Shown here: positions 57,193-64,000 of the stretch, one piece after another | Numbering within the stretch: the first letter of the stretch is position 1 | Layout: each line of letters opens with the position of its first letter | Assembly (NCBI GenBank): GCA_963713475.1 | Contig: CAVQLY010000017.1 | Location: 37,606-101,605, forward strand | Direction of reading: 5' to 3' | DNA: 64,000 nucleotides | Source of the DNA: an uncultured Thermoleophilia bacterium | GTDB lineage: Bacteria; Actinomycetota; Thermoleophilia; UBA2241 | The notes under the pieces: model-generated | The model's input: the letters and a program-made list of their open reading frames with translations, nothing else | The model's database searches: none | Told to the model about the DNA's origin: nothing | Translations under genes and position numbers: made by a program

Positions 57193-58707
57193 ATGCGGGA
57201 GGCGGCGGCAGGTTCTCCGCCGCCGACGCCGCGCTGCTCGGCGGCGGGGCCGTCCTCACCGCGGCGATCGCCGCGGCGGCGACGCGCCAGCCGGCCGCGG
57301 CGCTCGGACTGCTCGCGGTGGTGGCGTTCGCGGCAGCGGTGCTCCTCGGTCGCGGGCGCCTCGCGCGCACGAGCGTCGGCGCCGTGCTCACGGCCCTGCT
57401 CGTCTCCCTGCCGGTCCTCGCGCTGCTCGGCCCCTCGTTCGCCCTTCCGGCCGTGCCGCAGGCGTTCCTCTTCCGCATCGTCCTCGCCGTGGTGGTCTGC
57501 GCCGGCGTCTGCTACCTCGTGGTGCGCCGCGACCCGATGCCGTTCGCCGCCAAGGACCTCCTCCTGCCGGCCGTGCTGTGGTTCGCCTGGCTGCTGCTCG
57601 GCATGGTCTGGTCGCCGGACAAGCTCATGGCCCTCAACTACATCGCCATCGTCGTGACCATGGTCGCCGTCCTGCTGGCGACGGCGGCGGCCGGCGGTAC
57701 CCGCCGCCGCCTCATCTGGTTCGGCTACACCATGCTCCTCGGCTACGCCTTCGTGGTCGGCTTCACCATCCTCGAGGCCCGGCTCGGCATCCGCCTGCCC
57801 ACCTCGCGCCTCCTCACCACGGTCACCTCGCAGACCTACGCCGTCACCAGCGTCTTCCACAACCAGAACGACCTCGCCACGTACATCGTCATGTGCTGGC
57901 CGTTCATGCTCTGCGCGTTCTTCTTCACGCGGAAGCTGCGCTGGCTGGCGCTCACCCTGCTCTTCATGGCCATGGGCGCAGCGGCGTTCGTGCGCACCGG
58001 CTCACGCTCGAGCCTGGTCGCCGCCGGCATCTCGTCGCTCGCCGCCGTGGTCCTCTTCTGGCACCTGGGGCCGAGGCTCTCGAGCCGGACCGGCAAGGTC
58101 GTGATGGGGCTCGTCATCGTCGGACTCGTCGTCGTCGCCGGCTGGCTGCTCTTCAACAACAGCTCCAACGACATGCTGCGGCAGTTCCGCCTGGAGTCGC
58201 TGCTCAGCCAGGCGGAGGCGAACAAGGGGTCCGGAGCCATCCGCTCCAACCTCACCGAGCGCGGCCTGCAGATCGCCGGCGGCACCTGGCTCCTGGGCGC
58301 CGGCCCGGGGCAGGCCGAGGGCATCATCGGCTCCGGCACCGACGCGCTCGGCATCAGCAACCTGCACAACTGGTGGCTGGAGACCTACGCCGACGGCGGA
58401 CTCGTCGGGCTTCGCCCTGCACCTCGTCTTCTTCCTGCTGCTGGTGATCGCGCTGTGGCCGATGGCCCGGCACGACCCCGACCGGCTGACGCGGTACCTG
58501 GCCTGCGGGACGTGGCTGGCGCTGCTCGGCTGGACGATCGGGTCCGTCGGCCCGAGCAGCTCCGTCAGCTTCGCGCCGATGTGGATCCTGTACGGACTCG
58601 GGCTCGCGGTGGTCTCGCGCTCCCGGCTGGCGGCGCGACAGCGGGCGAAGGAAGCGGCGGGCGGACCAGCCGCCGCGGCCGGCGCGGCCGGCGAGGCCCG
58701 CCCGTGA
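57193..58707 (+). CDS. O-antigen ligase/polymerase-family (Wzy/WaaL-like) membrane protein (frameshifts near 57210 and 58410)
   Basis: 10+ TM helices, Wzy_C-like loop; C-terminal TM segments (FALHLVFFLLLVIALWPMA...WILYGLGLAVV) are in a second frame; start uncertain (ATG 57193 or GTG 57318). Confidence 0.55.
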
Positions 58708-59882
58708 AGCTCCTCGTGATCTCGCACCTGTACCCCTCGCCGGGGGTGGAGCGCCACCTCTTCGTGCACGAGCAGCTGCTGGCGCTGCGCGAGCTCGGCG
58801 TCGAGGCGCACGTCATCTCGCCGACTCCCTACGCGCCGCGGGTCCTCTGGCGCAACGAGCGCCAGCGCCGCCGCGGCGAGAAGCCCAGGGAGGCGGTCCG
58901 CGACGGCATCACCGCCGAGTACCCCCGCGTGGTCCAGCCGCCGAAGCGCCTGCTGTTCGACCGCCTCGGCGACCTCGCCTACCGCAGCGTCTGCTCGCTG
59001 CCGTCGGTGACCGCCGGCGAGTGGGACCTCATCCACGCGCACCAGGCGCTGCCGGACGGCGCGCTCGCGCAGCGCCTGGCGGCCGACCTGCGCGTGCCCT
59101 GGGTGGTGACGGTGCACGGCGCCGACGTCTACCAGCACTTCCGCATGGGCGGCAGCGGTAGAGCGCCGCGCCAAGGACCGTGCTCGGCGCCGCCGACGCG
59201 GTGATGGCCAACTCGAGCGCCGTCGCCGGCCTGCTGGACGGCGTCGTGACGCCGGACAAGCTGACCGTCGTGCTGAACGGCACGACGGGCCTCGGCGCGA
59301 CGGTCGAGCCGGCGGACGACTACCTGCCCGGCGAGCCGCTCGTCCTGACCGTCGGCTACCTGATCGAGCGCAAGGGCATCGGCGACCTGGTCGCGGCCCT
59401 CGGGAGGCTGCGCCGCGAGGGCCGCACCGTGCACCTCGCCGTCGCCGGCGACGGCCCGCTCCGCGGCTCCCTCGAGGCGCAGGCCGCGGAGGAGGGCGTC
59501 GCCGACACGGTGCACTTCCTCGGCCGCGTGCCGCACGCGCGCGTGCTGGCGCTCATGGCGCGCGCGCAGCTGGTGGCCCTCCCGAGCTGGGACGAGGCGT
59601 TCGGGCTCGTCTACACCGAGGCGATGGCCCAGGGCACGCCGGTGGTCGCCGGCAAGGGCGAGGGTCCCGAGGACTTCATCACCGACGGAGAGAGCGGCTA
59701 CCTGGTCCCGGTTCGCTCGCCCGACGCGCTGGCGAGTATCATCGCGGAGGGTGCTGGACGACCCGGCGAAGGCGGCGGCGATCGGCGAAGCCGGACGCGC
59801 CGCCGCCCTCGAGCTGAGCTGGGCACGCAACGCGAAGCTGACGCTCGGCGTGTACGAGAAGGTCCTCGCCGCGGCACCCTGA
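58704..59882 (+). CDS. glycosyltransferase family 4 (two apparent frameshifts near 59170 and 59740), GTG start
   Basis: VKLLVISHLYPSPGVERHLFVHEQ GT4 N-domain; C-domain GRVPHARVLALMARAQLVALPSWDEAFGLVYTEAMAQGTPVV with EX7E; C-terminal VLDDPAKAAAIGEAG...LAAAP in another frame. Confidence 0.65.
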
Positions 59883-59892
59883 AAGGACGCAT

Positions 59893-61114
59893 GTGCGCCT
59901 CGACACGTTTCTGACGCAGGCCGGCGAACGCCATCCGGCGCTCGTCTTCCAGGTCTCCTGGGCGAACGGCCTCGACATCATCCGCGACCTCTCGGCCGAG
60001 GGCGTGCCGCTGCTCGCCCTGGACGCGAACCCGCGCGCCCTGGGCCTGCGCTCCCGGCTCGCCGCCGGCATGGTCTGCCCCGACCCGCGCGCAGGACGAG
60101 GAGGCGTTCGTCTCGTTCCTCGAGGACCTCGGCCGGCGGCTGCCGCGCAAGGGCGTCCTCTTCCCGACCCACGACCAGTACATCTGGCCCATCTCGCGCC
60201 ACGCCGACAGGCTGGAGCCGTACTACTTCATCCCGTTCTCCCGCTGGGAGACGATGCAGCGCCTGCACGACAAGCGCGCCCAGATGGAGGCGGCCTGGCG
60301 CGTGGGCGTCGACACGCCGAAGACGGTGTTCGTCGACTCCGCCGCGGACCTCGAGCGCGGCGTGGAGGAGATCGGCTTCCCGTGCATCTTCAAGCCGGTC
60401 GAGTCGCTGGCGTTCAAGACGCGCTTCCGCCGCCACGTGCTCGAGATCGGCTCCGCCGAGGAGCTGCGCGAGACCTACGCCAAGGTGGACGACTGCGGCA
60501 CGCTGATGCTGCAGGACATCGTCCCCGGCGGCGACGAGGAGCTGTACACGCTGGGCTCGTATCTGGACGCGCAGAGCCGGGCGCTCGCCGTCTTCACCGG
60601 CCACAAGCTGCGCCAGCACCCGCCGCAGTTCGGCCACGTGAGCATGGCGGTCAGCAAGTGGGTGCCCGAGCTCGCCGAGGCGGGACTCCGCCTGCTCGAC
60701 GAGCTCGGCTACCACGGCGTCAGCCAGGTCGAGTTCAAGCGCGACCCGCGCGACGGCCGCTACCGCCTCATGGAGGTCAACGCGCGTCACTGGATGTGGC
60801 ACTCGCTCGGCACCGCCTGCGGCGTCAACCTCTCGCTCGCCGCCTACCGCGACGCGATCGGCGAGCCGTACATCTCCGCCCGCCAGGTCGACGGCCTCAA
60901 GTGGGTCGTCTCGCTCACGGACGCGCGCGACGCGTTCGCCCGCTGGCGCCGGGGCGAGGAGAAGCTGCTGCCCTGGCTCAGGAGCTACCGCGGCGTGCGC
61001 GTCGACGGCCTGTACTCGCTCCGCGACCCGTTCCCGGGCGCGCTGCTCACCGCGCGTCAGCTCAAGAACATCGTGACGCGCGGCGGCAAGCCGGCCGAGG
61101 GGGAGTCGCTGTGA
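59893..61114 (+). CDS. ATP-grasp domain protein, paralog 1 (frameshift near 60090)
   Basis: N-terminal pre-ATP-grasp region (ALVFQVSWANGLDIIRDL) and ATP-grasp core (FPCIFKPVESLAFKTRFRRHVLE...GVSQVEFKRDPRDGRYRLMEVNAR) in adjacent frames. Confidence 0.6.
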
Positions 61115-62326
61115 AGTTCGGCCGCTTCGTGGCGGCGGCGGCGATCACGCCTCCCGCCGCCGTCTTCCAGGTGAGCTACGCCTGCGGCCTCGACGTGGTG
61201 CGCGACCTCGGCCGGCACGGCGTGCCGGTGCTGGCGCTCGACCCGGACCCGGCGGCGATCGGCCTGCGCTCGCGCTACGCCGCCGGACGCGTCTGCCCGG
61301 ACCCGCTCGCCGACGAGGAGGCGTTCCTCACGTCGCTGGAGACCCTCGGCGCCGCAGCTGCCGCAGCGCGCCGTCGTCTTCCCCAGCCACGACGAGTTCA
61401 TCTGGCCGCTCTCGCGCCACGCCGAGCGGCTCGAGCCGTGGTTCATCGTGCCGTTCTCGCGCTGGGACGTGATGGCCAAGGTGCACGACAAGCGCGCCCA
61501 GATGGAGGCGGCCTGGCGCGCCGGCGTCGACACGCCGAAGACGGTCTTCGTCAGCTCCGGCGCGGAGCTCGAGGCGGCCGCCGGCGAGATCCGCTTCCCG
61601 GCCGTGCTCAAGCCCGTCGAGTCGCTGGCGTTCAAGCTCCGCTTCCACCGCCACATCCTCGACGTCGAGACCCCGGCCGAGCTCCAGCGCATCTACGACA
61701 AGGTCGACGACCTCGGCGTGCTGATGCTGCAGGAGCGCATCCCCGGCGGCGAGGACGAGCTCTGGACGGTCGGCTCCTACCTCGACGCCGAGTCCCGGCC
61801 GCTGGCCGTCTTCACCGGTCACAAGCTGCGCCAGTACCCGCACGCCGGCGGCAGCTGCCTCGCCGGCGTGAGCCGCTGGGACGAGAAGCTCGCCGACGCG
61901 GCCCTGCGGCTGCTGCAGGAACTGCGCTTCCACGGCGTCAGCCAGGTCGAGTTCAAGCGCGACCCCCGTGACGGCCGCTTCTGCCTCATGGAGGTCAACG
62001 CCCGGCACTGGAAGTGGCACGGACTGGCCGCGCGCTGCGGCGTGAACCTCTCCTTCGCAGCCTATCGGGACGCCATCGGCGACCCGTACATCGCCCGGCG
62101 CCAGCAGGACGGCGTCAAGTGGATCGTGGCCAACAAGGACGTCCCGCTGGCGCTGCTGGAGATCGCCAAGCGCCAGCGCAGCGCGCCCGAGTACCTGCGC
62201 TCCCTGCGCGGCACGCGCATGGACGGCCTGCACGCGGCGGACGACCCGCTGCCGGGCCTGCTGAACGCCGGCACCGTGGCGGCGCAGATCCTGACGCGGG
62301 CGCCGCGCAAGAGGACAGACGTTTGA
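61111..62326 (+). CDS. ATP-grasp domain protein, paralog 2 (frameshift near 61350)
   Basis: ~60% identical to upstream paralog (FPAVLKPVESLAFKLRFHRHILD...GVSQVEFKRDPRDGRFCLMEVNAR); GTGA coupling. Confidence 0.6.
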
Positions 62327-62336
62327 CGGGCCGCCC

Positions 62337-63806
62337 GTGACCCCGCCCGAGCTGACCGTGTTCGTCGGCGCGCCGGACGCCTTCGCGGCGCGCGCCGAGT
62401 GGGCGCTGCGGACGCTGCTGGCGCCGCTGGGTCGCCGGGCCGCGATCACCCGCGACCCGGCCGCTGCGAGCGGCGCCGCTCTGGCGTACGCCGCGGAGCC
62501 CGTCGCCGGCGTGCCGACGATCCCGTGCGACGCCGGCGCCATGGAGCTCCTCGCCGCCGGACGGGCGCTGCCGGCCGGCGCCTTCGCGGCGCGCGGGAGC
62601 GGCGACGGCGCGGCCGTCGCCGCCTGGCCCGCCGATCCCGGCGCCGGCTTCGCCGTCCCCTTCGACCTCGTCGCCTCGGCGTTCGTCCTGCTCGCCTGCT
62701 GGGACGAGCGCACGACCGGCGAGCGCGACAAGTACGGCCGGCTGCCCTTCTCGGCGAGCGTCTTCGCCGCCAGCCCGGAGCTGAAGATCGACGAGCCGGC
62801 CGTGGACCGCTACGCCGAGCTCCTGCGCGGCGCCCTGGCGCCGCGCCTCGCCGAGCTCGGCCTCGAGCCGCTTCCGACGGCGGGGGCCGTCTGGGGAGCG
62901 CGCGGCCGCTTCGCGATCGCGCTCACCCACGACCTCGACAACCTGTGGCGCTGGACGCGCCGCGGGTTCGCCGCCTCCGGCTACCGCACGCTGCGCGCCG
63001 CCCGGCACCTGGACGCCCGCGGCGTCGGCCGCGAGCTGGGCGACGGCGCCGACTGGCTGGCGCGCCACTCCTGGCGCCGCACCGACCCCTTCTGGACGTT
63101 CCCGCAACTCCTGCGCGGCGAGGACGTGCGTGGCGTCTCCTCGACCTTCTACGTGATCGCCCGCCACACGCACAAGCAGGACGGCAACCAGCCGGAGACC
63201 TATCAGCGCAAGATCCCGCAGGCCCTCGAACTGGTGACCGACGCCGGCCGCGAGGTCGGCCTGCACGGCAACGACGCCGACCGGCTCTCTCTCGCCGAGG
63301 TGACGCTCGACCGCGACGACCTCGCCGCCCGCGCCGGCCGCGCCGTGACGGGCGTCCGCTACCACTACCTGCGGGCGCTCTATCACGAGACACTGCCGCT
63401 GCTCGAGCAGGCCGGGTTCACCTACGACACCACCATGGCGTTCGCCGAGCACGAGGGCTTCCGCTGCGGCTGCTCGTTCCCGTTCCGGCCGTACTCCCTC
63501 GACGAGGAGCGACCCCTGGAGCTCGTCGAGCTGCCGCTCGCCGTGATGGACGGCACGCTGCAGGAGCCGCACTACCGCGACCTCAAGGCGGCGGAGGCGG
63601 AGCGCGCGGCGGCGGCCGTGCTGGCCCGCGCCCTGCGCAGCGGCGGCGCGGTCAGCCTGCTCTGGCACAACAACCGCTTCGACAAGCGCGTCTCGCGCGG
63701 CTACGACAAGGTCTACTGGCGCCTGCTCGACCAGGCGCTGGCGCGCGGCGCCTGGTGCAGCAGCGCCGCCGACGTCGTCGCACACTGGAAGGAGGCGACG
63801 GCATGA
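62337..63806 (+). CDS. polysaccharide deacetylase-family protein (DUF3473-like) with N-terminal extension
   Basis: Central STFYVIARHTHKQDGNQ and C-terminal LLWHNNRFD regions resemble polysaccharide deacetylase/NodB-like fold proteins found in EPS loci. Confidence 0.5.
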   Translation: MTPPELTVFVGAPDAFAARAEWALRTLLAPLGRRAAITRDPAAASGAALAYAAEPVAGVPTIPCDAGAMELLAAGRALPAGAFAARGSGDGAAVAAWPADPGAGFAVPFDLVASAFVLLACWDERTTGERDKYGRLPFSASVFAASPELKIDEPAVDRYAELLRGALAPRLAELGLEPLPTAGAVWGARGRFAIALTHDLDNLWRWTRRGFAASGYRTLRAARHLDARGVGRELGDGADWLARHSWRRTDPFWTFPQLLRGEDVRGVSSTFYVIARHTHKQDGNQPETYQRKIPQALELVTDAGREVGLHGNDADRLSLAEVTLDRDDLAARAGRAVTGVRYHYLRALYHETLPLLEQAGFTYDTTMAFAEHEGFRCGCSFPFRPYSLDEERPLELVELPLAVMDGTLQEPHYRDLKAAEAERAAAAVLARALRSGGAVSLLWHNNRFDKRVSRGYDKVYWRLLDQALARGAWCSSAADVVAHWKEATA

Positions 63807-64000
63807 CCCGCGTCCTCCACCTGAGCGTGGTCCACAAGCCCGACGACCCGCGCATCTACGAGCGCGAGTGCCGCACGCTGGCCGAGGCCGGCTACGAGGT
63901 CATGTACATGGTCCCCGGCGCCGAGCCGGGCCGCGACGACGCCGGCGTGATCCTGGCGCCGCTGCCGGAGCGCGGTCGCAGCACCAGGTTCCTCAGCTCC
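63803..64000 (+). CDS. glycosyltransferase family 4 (3' partial, runs off window)
   Basis: MTRVLHLSVVHKPDDPRIYERECRTLAEAGYEVMYM is GT4 N-terminal domain; ATGA coupling. Confidence 0.5.
   Translation, partial: MTRVLHLSVVHKPDDPRIYERECRTLAEAGYEVMYMVPGAEPGRDDAGVILAPLPERGRSTRFLSS

Overview
This 64-kb window is ~70% GC and looks like actinobacterial-type chromosome; it contains no rRNA, CRISPR array or recognisable integrase/transposase. Layout from left to right: (1) An ABC-2 exporter pair (1-2444). (2) A minus-strand MacB-type ABC export operon (4356-8911) with two periplasmic adaptor proteins, one carrying a peptidoglycan-binding domain. It is convergent with a lipoprotein gene plus a 43-aa acidic small ORF, and lies downstream of trxB. 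(3) An accessory-like block (12.3-31.6 kb) full of secreted, lipo- and membrane proteins. It holds two paralogous ECF sigma/anti-sigma pairs, an intact tRNA-Ile(GAT), and at least three degenerate copies of the tRNA-Ile 3' end plus its downstream hairpin (att-like scars), followed by a vapBC toxin-antitoxin pair. (4) Housekeeping genes: rtcB-archease, thrB, dedA, chorismate mutase and a bifunctional nuclease. (5) A large glycan/exopolysaccharide locus (38.6-64 kb) with a DegT aminotransferase, DUF354, an MBOAT plus SGNH-like partner, GT39/ArnT-like, a Wzx flippase, a Wzy/WaaL-like polymerase, three GT4 enzymes, two tandem ATP-grasp paralogs and a polysaccharide deacetylase. It also includes a ComA (phosphosulfolactate synthase), TauE sulfite exporter and histidine-phosphatase trio.

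The most notable signal is a 26-bp near-perfect palindrome, GTCTTCACCGGAATCCGGTGATTCTC. It occurs six times in intergenic regions upstream of unrelated exported-protein genes, together with shared leader and hairpin modules. This suggests an undescribed regulon.

Caveat: at least 20 genes show apparent 1-nt frameshifts, many in G/C runs, including two compensating shifts inside one permease. This most likely reflects indel errors in the assembly, so ORF boundaries and pseudogene calls are uncertain. All product calls are made by reading translations; no database searches were run.
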